A stretch of DNA of 64,000 nucleotides from an uncultured Muribaculaceae bacterium (GTDB lineage: Bacteria; Bacillota_I; Bacilli_A; RF39; UBA660), in NCBI GenBank assembly GCA_964551965.1, contig CAZKFB010000001.1, positions 7,227-71,226 on the forward strand. Direction: 5' to 3'. Numbering within the stretch: position 1 is the first letter of the stretch; the number at the start of each line of letters is the position of its first letter. The position numbers and the translations under genes were made by a program. Shown here in pieces: positions 47,727 through 57,581 of this stretch. Under the pieces are notes generated by a model that searched no databases, was not told the origin of the DNA, and was given only the letters and a program-made list of their open reading frames with translations.

Positions 47727-48551
47727 ATGGATAATTTTGTTAATGAAGTATATTATTTTATTCTTCCTTATCTAAGTGATGAAGGTAAATTTATTGAGTG
47801 TATTACTGAGTCTAATAAATATAATATGGAATTAATAAATAATAATCGTGATAAGATATTAGAATTTGTAATGAAAAATTTTAATATAAGAAAAGGTTCA
47901 ATGAGAATTGATGAATTATTATGTGGGAAAGATTACCGTTTATGGAATAATCTTCAAACCCTACATGATCTAGAAATATTAGATAAATTAGTTGGTCTTT
48001 TAATTGCTGTTGGAATTCTAGAAGATTCATATCTAACTAGATTTAATTCGTTTGGTAAAATAGGTATTTATGGTGAATTTCTAATTAAAGAGAGATTTTG
48101 CTTCTATGATGAAGAAACAACAGAAAACTATTTAATAACTATAAAAGATTATGTATTACCGTTCTATCGCTTTAATGTAAATGAGTCTACTTTTGAATAT
48201 ATGACAAGATTTAATTGCCCAAATCCCAATGAAGAGTTAAAAGAAACCATACTTAATTGGATTAAGACAAGTACACTTCCTATTACGGAAAGTGATATAA
48301 ATACGATTAAAGTATTCTTAAATTATAATATGGAACAATTTATAAATGCTATCGTGATGGGATTTGAATCAGAAGAAGGCCCTGATACTTTAGTTAATTA
48401 TTTAAGATTCGATCCTGAATTTGATTATATGGCAAAAATTAATAATTTAATTACTTCATATACAGATAGTCAAAGAGAAGACTTTGAAAATAAAAAGAAA
48501 TTATTTTTAAGTAGAATAGAAGAATCTATTAAGAAAAGAAAATTGCAATAA
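47727..48551 (+). CDS. Hypothetical protein
   Basis: Start at ATG 47727 (AAAGGGGA RBS). The track's 47673 start is likely over-extended. No recognised domain. Confidence 0.5.
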   Translation: MDNFVNEVYYFILPYLSDEGKFIECITESNKYNMELINNNRDKILEFVMKNFNIRKGSMRIDELLCGKDYRLWNNLQTLHDLEILDKLVGLLIAVGILEDSYLTRFNSFGKIGIYGEFLIKERFCFYDEETTENYLITIKDYVLPFYRFNVNESTFEYMTRFNCPNPNEELKETILNWIKTSTLPITESDINTIKVFLNYNMEQFINAIVMGFESEEGPDTLVNYLRFDPEFDYMAKINNLITSYTDSQREDFENKKKLFLSRIEESIKKRKLQ

Positions 48552-48556
48552 AAAAA

Positions 48557-48582
48557 CTATTGATTAAATCAATAGCTTTTTT
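48557..48582. terminator. Bidirectional intrinsic terminator
   Basis: CTATTGAT-taa-ATCAATAG hairpin flanked by an A-run upstream and a T-run downstream. Confidence 0.8.
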
Positions 48583-48585
48583 ATT

Positions 48586-49356
48586 TTACTTCTTTATCTT
48601 CTTTACTATTTCAGTCATATTACTTTGACCGAAAGCATTTAATACTTCAATAGGAATAGCAAATACGATTGTATTTGATTGATCTGATGAAATATCGTTG
48701 ATTGTTGATAAAGTTCTAAGATGTAAAGCCCCCGGAGCGCTAGACATTACTTCAGCAGCTTCAGCTAAGTTTTGAGCAGCTTCTTTTTCACCTAAAGATT
48801 TAGTGATAACAGCTTGTTTTTCTCTTTCAGCTTCCGCAATCTTAGCAATAACTCTTTGCATTTCATCAGGTAATTTAACATCTTTTAGTTCAACATTCTC
48901 AACCTTAATTCCCCAAGGATCAGTTGCTTCATCAATAATACGGCAAATCTCAGAAGATATCTTATCTCTTTCTGTTAATAATTCATCTAGAGATACAGCG
49001 CCAACAGCATTTCGCATTGTCGTTTGTGCTAATTGAGATACTGCATATTGGAATCTTTCGACAGCAATAATAGCTTTAGCTGCATCAAATACTTTATAGT
49101 AAATAACAGCATTAATTCTAATAGTTACATTATCTTTTGTAATAGCATCTTGTTCAGGAACATCTACTGCTTTAGTACGAACATCAACTTTAGTAAAAGA
49201 TTGAATAATAGGTAATACTATTTTCCATCCTGGCGTTAATATTTTCTTATATTTACCAAATTGAAATAGAATACCACGTTCATATTCATTTATTTGTCTA
49301 ATAGAACTTAAAAGAATAACTAAAACGATAATAAGTACAGGAATAATAATCTCCAT
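48586..49356 (-). CDS. SPFH/band-7 (stomatin/prohibitin-like) membrane protein
   Basis: N-terminal TM followed by an SPFH domain (...ERGILFQFGKYKKILTPGWKIVLPIIQSFTKVDVRT..., AVSQLAQTTMRNAVG) and a coiled-coil C-terminus. Confidence 0.85.
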   Translation of the reverse strand: MEIIIPVLIIVLVILLSSIRQINEYERGILFQFGKYKKILTPGWKIVLPIIQSFTKVDVRTKAVDVPEQDAITKDNVTIRINAVIYYKVFDAAKAIIAVERFQYAVSQLAQTTMRNAVGAVSLDELLTERDKISSEICRIIDEATDPWGIKVENVELKDVKLPDEMQRVIAKIAEAEREKQAVITKSLGEKEAAQNLAEAAEVMSSAPGALHLRTLSTINDISSDQSNTIVFAIPIEVLNAFGQSNMTEIVKKIKK

Positions 49357-49465
49357 AAAACGAACTCCTTTCTACTTATATTGTATAATTAATGATATTA
49401 AAATACAACTAATATTGACTTTTAAAATTAAGTAAAGTAGTATAAAATTATAAATAGGTGATGTT

Positions 49466-50335
49466 ATGAAAGTAGTTGAAAACTTCAAAGAATATGAAAT
49501 ATTAGATATGTCTAATGGACAAAAGTTAGAAAGATGGAATGGAATATTACTATCGCGTCCCGATCCTCAAATTATTTGGAAACATAAACTTAAACCAACT
49601 TTATGGGATAGTGTAGATGCTAATTATACGAGAAGTAAGACTGGTGGAGGAGAGTGGCATATATATAATAAGGATATGCCAACTAGTTGGACGATTAAAT
49701 GGAATGATTTAACTTTCAATTTAAAACTTATGGGATTTAAACATACTGGTTTATTTCCTGAACAAGCATACAATTGGAATATAATTAGAAACAAGATAAA
49801 AGATGCTAATAGGGAAGTTAAAGTTCTAAATTTATTTGCCTATACGGGAGGAGCTACGGTAGCTGCTTTATCGGCTGGAGCATCAGTTGTTCACGTTGAT
49901 TCATCAAGAGGAATGGTCGATTGGGCAAAAGAGAATGTTAAATCATCCGGATTAGAAAACGCACCAGTAAGATATATTGTTGATGATGTCGTAAAATTCG
50001 TTGAACGTGAAATAAGAAGAGAAAATAAATATGACATTATTATTATGGATCCACCTTCATTCGGAAGAGGATCAAATAAAGAGATATGGAATATTGAAGC
50101 AGATCTATATAATTTAGTAGAATTATGTACAAACGTATTATCAGATAATCCAATCATGTTCTTGATTAATTCATATACTACCGGACTTTCAATGAATGTT
50201 TTATCAGACATTTTAAAATTAACAGTTAATAAAAAATATAAAGGCACAATCGATGCTGATGAAATTGGTTTACCAATGAAAGATTCTGATTTAATACTTC
50301 CTTGCGGAATATATGCTAGATGGGATAGTATGTAA
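49466..50335 (+). CDS. Class I SAM-dependent (rRNA m5C-type, RlmI-like) methyltransferase
   Basis: SAM-binding LNLFAYTGGATVAALSAGA and the IIMDPPSFGRG motif (DPPxF). Confidence 0.7.
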   Translation: MKVVENFKEYEILDMSNGQKLERWNGILLSRPDPQIIWKHKLKPTLWDSVDANYTRSKTGGGEWHIYNKDMPTSWTIKWNDLTFNLKLMGFKHTGLFPEQAYNWNIIRNKIKDANREVKVLNLFAYTGGATVAALSAGASVVHVDSSRGMVDWAKENVKSSGLENAPVRYIVDDVVKFVEREIRRENKYDIIIMDPPSFGRGSNKEIWNIEADLYNLVELCTNVLSDNPIMFLINSYTTGLSMNVLSDILKLTVNKKYKGTIDADEIGLPMKDSDLILPCGIYARWDSM

Positions 50336-50338
50336 TTA

Positions 50339-51100
50339 ATGAATAAAATATTTGAAAATGAAGAAATAGTAATTTATTCAGAACCATCACTAGATATAAT
50401 AAATGATAGTATAGTTGATAATACTATAAAAAAGTTAAATGAATATCGTAAAATCTTTAAAAAAGAGAAACTAGCAAAATTAACAGTTAAATTTTATGAT
50501 AATTTAGAAACATATCAAGAAGATTATAGATGTATTCTAAGTGTGGAACCACCACAATATTCAAAAGGTTGGTTTGATTCTGAAAATGGGAATATTTATC
50601 TTTATATGAATTTAGAAATGTTATCAAAATATAAAAACTATCCTTTATTTTGGGATCAACAGGTTTCTTGCATAGCTCACGAAGCATTCCACTATTATTA
50701 CTATCTGTATTATTATGGGGAAGATAGAATAACTTGGTTCGATGAAGGAATGGCTCAATATATCTCAGGAGAAATAGCAAGTTATACCGAATATAGTTGG
50801 TATAAACTATTTATAGACTTTATTGCAAATTATAAAGCTATTGATAATCTAAATGAAAGAGAAAATGGCAATTCTGATGTTCCTGATAATCTAATATTTC
50901 GAAGAGAAAATGTCTTTGATGGATATGCAGCTAGTCTTTTAGCAATTAAGTACTTATTCGACACTAAGGGAGAAGACTATGTATTTGATATTATGTTTGA
51001 TAATAATCGAATAAGAGAAGAGGGCAAAGATATTTTAAATAGAATGATTTCATATTTTAATGAAGTCTATTCTGAATATTTACAAATAAAAAAGAGTTAG
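50339..51100 (+). CDS. Hypothetical protein with HExxH zinc-metallopeptidase-like motif
   Basis: CIAHEAFHYYYY (HExxH) with a downstream WFDEGMAQY segment that could supply the third ligand. Weak assignment. Confidence 0.4.
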   Translation: MNKIFENEEIVIYSEPSLDIINDSIVDNTIKKLNEYRKIFKKEKLAKLTVKFYDNLETYQEDYRCILSVEPPQYSKGWFDSENGNIYLYMNLEMLSKYKNYPLFWDQQVSCIAHEAFHYYYYLYYYGEDRITWFDEGMAQYISGEIASYTEYSWYKLFIDFIANYKAIDNLNERENGNSDVPDNLIFRRENVFDGYAASLLAIKYLFDTKGEDYVFDIMFDNNRIREEGKDILNRMISYFNEVYSEYLQIKKS

Positions 51101-51116
51101 TTACTAACTCTTTTAT
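51090..51116. terminator. Bidirectional intrinsic terminator
   Basis: AGAGTTAG-tta-CTAACTCT hairpin with an A-run upstream and a T-run downstream. Confidence 0.7.
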
Positions 51117-52111
51117 TCATATAATGAATCATCATCTTCTAAAGAATCATCGAAGTTAATATCTATATTGATATCTTCGTCTTTATCTTTGTCTTTTTTC
51201 TTTTTATCTTTCTTATCTTTTTTCTTTTCTGATTCTTTTTCATCTTGAACAAATGATTCTACATTGTCATTTTCAATTACGATCTTATGTTCATTACCTT
51301 CGATTACTTCTTCGTTGTCATAATCACTTACTTCTTCATCTTTAACCATATCGGAAATATCAACAGGTTCTAATGATTCAGTAACTTCATCTTCGACATC
51401 ATCCATAATATCATTACTTATTTCATTTACTTTTTCAACTTCATGGTTATCTTCATCTTCAGTAATATCTTCATCGATATCGAAATCTTCTTCTACGTTG
51501 TCAAAATCTTCCTTTACTTCGTCATTTTCATCGTTAGAAGCAGTAATATCGGTATCTATATCAATAGAAGTAGTAGTTTGTTCTATTGCAGGCATATTAC
51601 CAGTTAAATTATCTTTATGAGTAGATGAATAATTAATAATATCTCCTAAAACAGTAGAGTAGTAATTATAGGCATCTAATATTTTGTTTAAACATAACTC
51701 TAAAGCTTTCTTTTCTGAAGTTAATTTAACTAACTTAGATTTTACATTTTCAGCTTTATCTACAAGTTCGTTCATAGCATTCTTATCTTTAACAATCTTT
51801 CTTTTTCTTTCATCGATCTTTAAAGATATTTCTTTATTAGCAGCTATAAGTATATTAGCAAGCTCATCATCTTTGAATCTTTCAACTAATTTTTGATAAT
51901 CAGTTTCAAAGCCTTCGATATCAGCATTCATCTTTTCGATCTTAGCTTTTGATTCAAAGAATTCAGTTTTATACTTTTGTACTTTTTCTAATTGAGCATC
52001 TATTTCTACACTATTAGCTTTAAGTTTTTCTTCATATTCTTCTTTAATTTTTGTTAAATTAGCAATAATATCAGTTAATCTGCTATTAGTTTCACTAACT
52101 AAATTGTCCAT
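51113..52111 (-). CDS. Acidic coiled-coil protein (332 aa) with highly D/E-rich C-terminal half
   Basis: N-terminal ~200 aa show heptad-like coiled coil. The C-terminal ~130 aa are an acidic low-complexity region ending in a KKDKKKKDKDKDED tract. Confidence 0.5.
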   Translation of the reverse strand: MDNLVSETNSRLTDIIANLTKIKEEYEEKLKANSVEIDAQLEKVQKYKTEFFESKAKIEKMNADIEGFETDYQKLVERFKDDELANILIAANKEISLKIDERKRKIVKDKNAMNELVDKAENVKSKLVKLTSEKKALELCLNKILDAYNYYSTVLGDIINYSSTHKDNLTGNMPAIEQTTTSIDIDTDITASNDENDEVKEDFDNVEEDFDIDEDITEDEDNHEVEKVNEISNDIMDDVEDEVTESLEPVDISDMVKDEEVSDYDNEEVIEGNEHKIVIENDNVESFVQDEKESEKKKDKKDKKKKDKDKDEDINIDINFDDSLEDDDSLYE

Positions 52112-52223
52112 AATAATCCCTCTATTCTTTATAATAAAAATTATACAATATAAAAAAATATTTGTAAATATATATTATATATGAAAAGTAAAATAAATTT
52201 TTTCATAAAATTGCAAAAATATA

Positions 52224-52252
52224 TTGACTTATGTGAAATACTTGCATATAAT
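52224..52252 (+). promoter_or_regulatory. Consensus-like sigma-A promoter with no ORF downstream
   Basis: TTGACT, 17-nt spacer, TATAAT. The next ORF of 60 aa or more on this strand starts 490 nt away. Confidence 0.5.
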
Positions 52253-52631
52253 AGAGATACTTAGTAAGGTAACTAACTAAGCAACTGATATTTATTTTAT
52301 ATTTATTTTTATCCAAACGAAAATAAATATATTAATACTTATCTTTAACTGTTTTATTTTTGTATTAGAGTACTTGGTTATTAAATAATCAAAAAAAACT
52401 CTAATACTCAAAAATAATACAAGACTGCTTTAGTTTTGTGCTTATAATTATTTCATTGAACGGGATGTCCAATACTAGTTATAAGTATTCTTGTTACTAG
52501 ATGCCTATTTTGGTCTTATCTTTGTACTAAGTATGTGATCACAGTGAGAAAGAAAACTCAATTTTATTAGATAAGCAATTATAGAGGATGACCTGACATT
52601 CATCGGAAATAATTGATCTAAAAACTAGGGA

Positions 52632-52661
52632 ATATATAGTTGTCAGCTATATATTTTTTTT
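52632..52661 (+). terminator. Intrinsic terminator inside the intergenic leader
   Basis: ATATATAG-ttgtcag-CTATATAT hairpin (AT-rich, 8 bp) followed by an 8-T run. Confidence 0.45.
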
Positions 52662-52684
52662 ATGCTTATTTTTATTTAATACCC

Positions 52685-52713
52685 TTGCATATAAAATACA
52701 AGTTTGATATACT
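52685..52713 (+). promoter_or_regulatory. Second candidate promoter, immediately upstream of the 52741 operon
   Basis: TTGCAT, 17-nt spacer, extended -10 TGaTATACT. AAAGAGGAT RBS precedes the ATG at 52741. Confidence 0.5.
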
Positions 52714-52740
52714 TTTAATAGGGTAAAGAGGATTGAGAAT

Positions 52741-53460
52741 ATGAGAAATGTTTTAGGTTTTCTAATTCTAGGCCTGGTTTCTCTTTTTGTTATACCTAAT
52801 AATGTTTTCGCTGATTCGTGTGACTATAAGGTAAAAGCACAGCTAAATAAATATGCTTTTAATGTAAAAGCAGAATATGAATTTAAGAAGAACGAAGATG
52901 GAAGCACTTACTTTGATGTAATTATATATAATATTGTCCCTGACATTTATATTAATTATAAAAGTGAGTTAGAGGGTAGAACTTCAATAGGAAAGAATGT
53001 TATTTATGAGGAAACCAACAGCGGTACTTATAAATTTAGTATTCCTATTCCGAGTCAGCCTTTTGATTACATTATATATGTTAGAACAGCTAAAGAGGGA
53101 TGCGCTGGAGATTTAAGAAAATTTAATCTCTCCATACCAATTAGAAACTCTTATCATGATTTGGATGATTGTAAGAGAGTAGGCATGGAAGACTATTATT
53201 ATTGTAAAGAATGGATATCTGATGAATTCAACTTATCTTCAAAAGAGATAGAAAAAAAGATAAGAGAAAAGTATGAGGCATTAAAGAAGAATACAACTAC
53301 TAAATGTATTGGTTGTGATGAAAGAGCAAGAAATGCAGCTAAGATTAAAGCTTTCAATGAGTTAAAAATGAAGATAATAATAGGTATATCAATAGGAATT
53401 GTATTAGATCTAATAATCATGATTTTTCAAATAATAAATATTAGGAGGAGCGAGATATGA
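52741..53460 (+). CDS. Secreted, C-terminally TM-anchored protein (paralogue 1)
   Basis: Signal MRNVLGFLILGLVSLFVIPNNVFA, a Cys-containing domain, and a C-terminal TM IIIGISIGIVLDLIIMIF followed by a basic tail. Confidence 0.5.
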   Translation: MRNVLGFLILGLVSLFVIPNNVFADSCDYKVKAQLNKYAFNVKAEYEFKKNEDGSTYFDVIIYNIVPDIYINYKSELEGRTSIGKNVIYEETNSGTYKFSIPIPSQPFDYIIYVRTAKEGCAGDLRKFNLSIPIRNSYHDLDDCKRVGMEDYYYCKEWISDEFNLSSKEIEKKIREKYEALKKNTTTKCIGCDERARNAAKIKAFNELKMKIIIGISIGIVLDLIIMIFQIINIRRSEI

Positions 53461-54389
53461 CAAGATTGAAAGAGAAAAAAGAGTTCAAAAGAGAATATAT
53501 TCCCGTTATTGTTACAGGAATTATATTAATACTTTTGGTTGGTGCTCTAGTGTTCATGATATTTTATAAAGGAAATCTAGAACTTGAAGATGTTCCAAAA
53601 GATTCTGGACATAAAGTAGATGAACTTAATGTTGAAGTTGATAAAAGCAAATGTTCAACTGAGTTAATTAAAAAATTAAGTGATGAAGCAAAGAAAATAA
53701 AGATGAGCTATAAAGAAAAAGCAATTCAAGCTGATCTTTATGAAGCTGATGATGATTCGGGAGAAAACTTCTATACATATGATCATGTATGGAATGTAAC
53801 TTTTGATAATGTAACTGATAACTTCTATTTGAAAATAACTAATGATTCAAATGATACAGTTAAAACCATTACAAAAGATACACTTCAAGATGGTAAATGG
53901 TCATTTGATACTGAAGTAGATGATGATGTAGTAACTTATACAATCTCCGTTATCTCTAATCCTGAAGGATGTAAAGAACAAGTATTTAGAAAATTTGAAT
54001 TAAAAGCATTAATATTTAATGTATGGAGTAATAGTTCAAAATGTTCAGTTTATAAAGATTTCAAATATTGTCAAAGATGGACTGATGAAGATACAGTCAC
54101 TATTGATAAATTTGAAAGTGAATTAGCTAAGTATAAGAAAGAACATCCTGAAATTAAAGAAAAGAATCCATTTGGTGTTGAAGTACCAACTACTACATCT
54201 AGTACAAATAGTACAGATAAGACAAATGGTAATACTAAAACTACTAGTAAAAATAATAATGATGTAACAAATAAAGAAAATAATAAAAAGACAATAGATA
54301 ATAAAGTAATATATGCTGGTGCAGCAATACTAGCTGTTATCGTTGGGGTGGTAATCGTGGTACTGCTTAAAAAGAAGAGGAGTAAGTAG
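53457..54389 (+). CDS. C-terminally TM-anchored surface protein (paralogue 2) with Thr/Asn-rich stalk
   Basis: N-terminal signal-anchor. Shares a domain with the preceding protein (EGCAGDLRKFNLSIPIRNSY...DDCKRV...YYYCKEWISDEF versus EGCKEQVFRKFELKALIFNVW...SKCSV...FKYCQRWTDEDT). TSSTNSTDKTNGNTKTTSKNNND stalk. C-terminal TM AILAVIVGVVIVVLL followed by KKKRSK. Confidence 0.5.
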   Translation: MTRLKEKKEFKREYIPVIVTGIILILLVGALVFMIFYKGNLELEDVPKDSGHKVDELNVEVDKSKCSTELIKKLSDEAKKIKMSYKEKAIQADLYEADDDSGENFYTYDHVWNVTFDNVTDNFYLKITNDSNDTVKTITKDTLQDGKWSFDTEVDDDVVTYTISVISNPEGCKEQVFRKFELKALIFNVWSNSSKCSVYKDFKYCQRWTDEDTVTIDKFESELAKYKKEHPEIKEKNPFGVEVPTTTSSTNSTDKTNGNTKTTSKNNNDVTNKENNKKTIDNKVIYAGAAILAVIVGVVIVVLLKKKRSK

Positions 54390-54390
54390 T

Positions 54391-57300
54391 ATGAAAAAGA
54401 AATTATTATTGTTAATTATTATGGTTTGTATGGTTGTATTTACTCCTAATGTAAGTGCAAAGTCAAATGCAGTAGCAAGGTATAAGAACTTTCCTGGATC
54501 AGGAACAAACTATATAAGATCTGGTGTTATATATGCCGGTGAAGGAGATAAGAACCCTAGTAGTGCAACTAGAGGAAACTTTAAACTATATAATCAATAT
54601 ATTGAAATGAATGGAAAAGAATATAAAGCTTGGTGTGTTGACCCAGCATTACATTCACCTAGAGGTGCTGGTTATACATGTACTCCATTAAAGGATGCCG
54701 GCCTTGAATATATTTTTAACAATTTAACAGGTGATGAAACAATAAATGCTTTTGCATTTAGATTCTATGCTATTTATGCTGGTATTGGTATGACAATAAA
54801 GGATGAAAGTGGAAATGAAGTCACTCACTCAAGTTTAAACTATCCAAAAGCAGCAATAATTAGATACTTACAAGCAAGAAACGGTGATGGTGGTGTAACT
54901 TCTGAATATGGATCTGATTATAATCAATTCTTATCAGGAAATACTGCTGCACTTGATGCTGCATATAATATAGCTACAACAGCTGCACAACTTAAACAAG
55001 CATCAGAGTTGGAAGAGGCTACATCGGGAGATGGTAGTGGATTAAAATATACCATGACAACTCATGATAAAATGAGTGTAACATATGTAGTTACATCAGC
55101 ATTTGCAATGAAAAGAGAAGAAATGGAATTCACTTGTGAAAATTGTGCTAGTGTTGATGTCCTAAGTTGGTCAGAACACAGCGTTACTATAAAAGTAAAT
55201 CAATTATCAAGTGAAGGTGAAGGATGTAAATTTACTGTTTTAGCAACATTTAAAAAGAATGGTTTGTATGGTTGCTATGGTGGTGAAGGAAATCAATTTG
55301 AAGTTATCGTAGTTGATGATCCTACTTCAACACCATTCCCATTTGAAGGTCATAATCCTGAATGTGGAAGTGAATGCTGTACTGAGGCCCCTCTTGATAA
55401 ACCATTAGATGGAATTGTTGCAAACTGTTGTGAAGAGACAACTCATTCTTATGTAAAAGAATATGATCTTGATGATTTATTCTGTTACCATAATGAACTA
55501 CAAGTTCCTCATTATTGGGAAAAATGTGGAGCTGATGCTTATAAAACTGAAGAAATAAATGAATATTGTGATTTATATTGTACTGAAAGAGTTACAATCG
55601 ATATTCCGGGAGCAATAACTGCTAAGTCAGGAAGATACTTTACACTTTCTAAAAATCCTGTTGGAAATACAACAAGTCCATATATTCAAGGATTTAAGAG
55701 ATGCCGTGTTAGAGTTAAATATGACTTATGGGAAAAACATTATGTTGATGCCGTTAAGAATGAGGTAAATAAATATAATGAATTCCAATTAGCTGCAGCA
55801 AATTATTATTTCTACGTTCAAGGAGAACCGGGAGGATACTTAGGTTCAGAAAACGTAAGTGGAGATGCAACTTTAACACAAAATTGTGAAAAATATGGAA
55901 AATATTGTAGTAGAACCGTAAGTTGTACAGTAGGAACAGCCGGATGTGGAACTGATGGTACGAAGTCCGAAGATTATGATTGTTGGGTAGCTGATACACC
56001 AGCAACAGGATCATATCATTTCTCATATACAAAATATAAGTTTAAAACATCATTGCCATATCATACTTCTAAATATAAAGAAGACCCAGTAACTCATAAA
56101 GAAATTGAAGTATTACCAAATGGAACTAAAAATGCTTCACATGATCCATTTACGGTTTGGGATAGAGATAAGCAATATCAAGAAGCTGTACAAAAGGCAA
56201 ACGCGTTAACTTGTCCTGGAAGAGAGAACGGCTCTCCTTCTGTAACTGGTTTTGATTTAAGTGGTAAAAACGAAAACTTTGATAATCAAAAATCATCATT
56301 AAAAGGAATAATGGATGGAGCCGAAAACGCATATGCAACAGCCGTTTCTGATGCAAAAACTCTAGAACAGTTATTAACTGATTGTGATACTTACTTTGAT
56401 ACTAAATCAGCTAATGAAATGTACGAATTTGATCCTTCGATGTCATTTAGATACACACAAATATATCGTAATGATAGAGGACAATCAGAATTAAGTGTAT
56501 TACCAGTTAACTTCATGGAAACTCCTGGATGTACTATATCAGGACCTGAAAAAGGAGATATCACTTATGAAGGTGGTATGGATACAGCATCACCTAGATA
56601 TTCTGGAGTATACTTAACAGGTTTCTTCAATGGTAAAGACTTCGATGGTGGAAAGATTGAATACGATTTTAACGGAAGTAAATTCCCAAGTGAAAAGGAT
56701 CCGGATCCATATAAAGCAGATAAATTATTTACTCACGATGCAAGATATAAAGCTGTATGTGAATGGGAAGAAGATCCAAACAATGTTAATACATTAGTAC
56801 CAAATGGTGCTGTTACTGAAGATGCCGTTATGAACTTTACAAAACATGAATATGAATATAAGGTATTCTTAACAACATACGATGGTTCATTCGAAACTGA
56901 TTGGTCAGTATCTAATATCGGTGAAAAAGGTAAATTTGATGACTTTATTATCGAAAACGGTGGAACAACATGTGCAGGAAATCCAAGTTCTAAGAATGAA
57001 ATGTTCAGTTGTACATTACATGTAGAATATGAAATTGTATATACAGGTAAGTGTAATGGAACTACTACAAATCCTGCAGATTGTGACCCAGTAAATAATG
57101 TTGAAGGATTGTTCCAATTCAAGGTTGCTGATCCAGCAAATATATTCCCAACAGGAACTACATCAGATACAGGTGCTCCTATTGCAAGAAACTGGACAGA
57201 CACATCAGAAGGACAAACAACTAAAGCAGAGATTGAACAAAGAGCAGCTAGAGGATTAACTTATGCGCAAGAAAGGGAATCATATAAATTCCATTTAACT

Positions 57301-57576
57301 CCTGAAATAATGCGTCATATTAAAAACTATAACGTAACTAAGAATCAAGGAAATATTGGTGGATATTCAGATTTCAATATGACTTGTGATTGTCCTAGTC
57401 AAGTTCAAACTAATACTCTACAAGGTGGAGGAGTTGGATGTACTAGATGTCGAAGCAATCTACTTACTGATTTAGCAAATAATTCAATTAGTTATGAAGG
57501 TCAAACTTATACAGTTAGAGCTTGGTCATCAAGAAAATCAATTGATCAAGTTAGAAACGAATCACATTGGAGGTAA
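54391..57576 (+). CDS. Large (1061 aa) secreted cysteine-rich protein of unknown function
   Basis: Signal MKKKLLLLIIMVCMVVFTPNVSA. More than 40 Cys, often in CxxC/CC pairs (CGSECCTEAP, NCCEET, CDCPSQ...CTRCRS). No TM or sorting signal. Translationally coupled to the upstream gene. Confidence 0.55.
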   Translation: MKKKLLLLIIMVCMVVFTPNVSAKSNAVARYKNFPGSGTNYIRSGVIYAGEGDKNPSSATRGNFKLYNQYIEMNGKEYKAWCVDPALHSPRGAGYTCTPLKDAGLEYIFNNLTGDETINAFAFRFYAIYAGIGMTIKDESGNEVTHSSLNYPKAAIIRYLQARNGDGGVTSEYGSDYNQFLSGNTAALDAAYNIATTAAQLKQASELEEATSGDGSGLKYTMTTHDKMSVTYVVTSAFAMKREEMEFTCENCASVDVLSWSEHSVTIKVNQLSSEGEGCKFTVLATFKKNGLYGCYGGEGNQFEVIVVDDPTSTPFPFEGHNPECGSECCTEAPLDKPLDGIVANCCEETTHSYVKEYDLDDLFCYHNELQVPHYWEKCGADAYKTEEINEYCDLYCTERVTIDIPGAITAKSGRYFTLSKNPVGNTTSPYIQGFKRCRVRVKYDLWEKHYVDAVKNEVNKYNEFQLAAANYYFYVQGEPGGYLGSENVSGDATLTQNCEKYGKYCSRTVSCTVGTAGCGTDGTKSEDYDCWVADTPATGSYHFSYTKYKFKTSLPYHTSKYKEDPVTHKEIEVLPNGTKNASHDPFTVWDRDKQYQEAVQKANALTCPGRENGSPSVTGFDLSGKNENFDNQKSSLKGIMDGAENAYATAVSDAKTLEQLLTDCDTYFDTKSANEMYEFDPSMSFRYTQIYRNDRGQSELSVLPVNFMETPGCTISGPEKGDITYEGGMDTASPRYSGVYLTGFFNGKDFDGGKIEYDFNGSKFPSEKDPDPYKADKLFTHDARYKAVCEWEEDPNNVNTLVPNGAVTEDAVMNFTKHEYEYKVFLTTYDGSFETDWSVSNIGEKGKFDDFIIENGGTTCAGNPSSKNEMFSCTLHVEYEIVYTGKCNGTTTNPADCDPVNNVEGLFQFKVADPANIFPTGTTSDTGAPIARNWTDTSEGQTTKAEIEQRAARGLTYAQERESYKFHLTPEIMRHIKNYNVTKNQGNIGGYSDFNMTCDCPSQVQTNTLQGGGVGCTRCRSNLLTDLANNSISYEGQTYTVRAWSSRKSIDQVRNESHWR

Positions 57577-57581
57577 TATAG

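Noticed and set aside
51113-52111. Acidic coiled-coil protein as a possible secreted effector or anti-sigma factor
   Set aside because: No signal, TM or recognisable domain. D/E-rich tails are common in cytoplasmic scaffolding proteins. There is insufficient evidence for any specific role.
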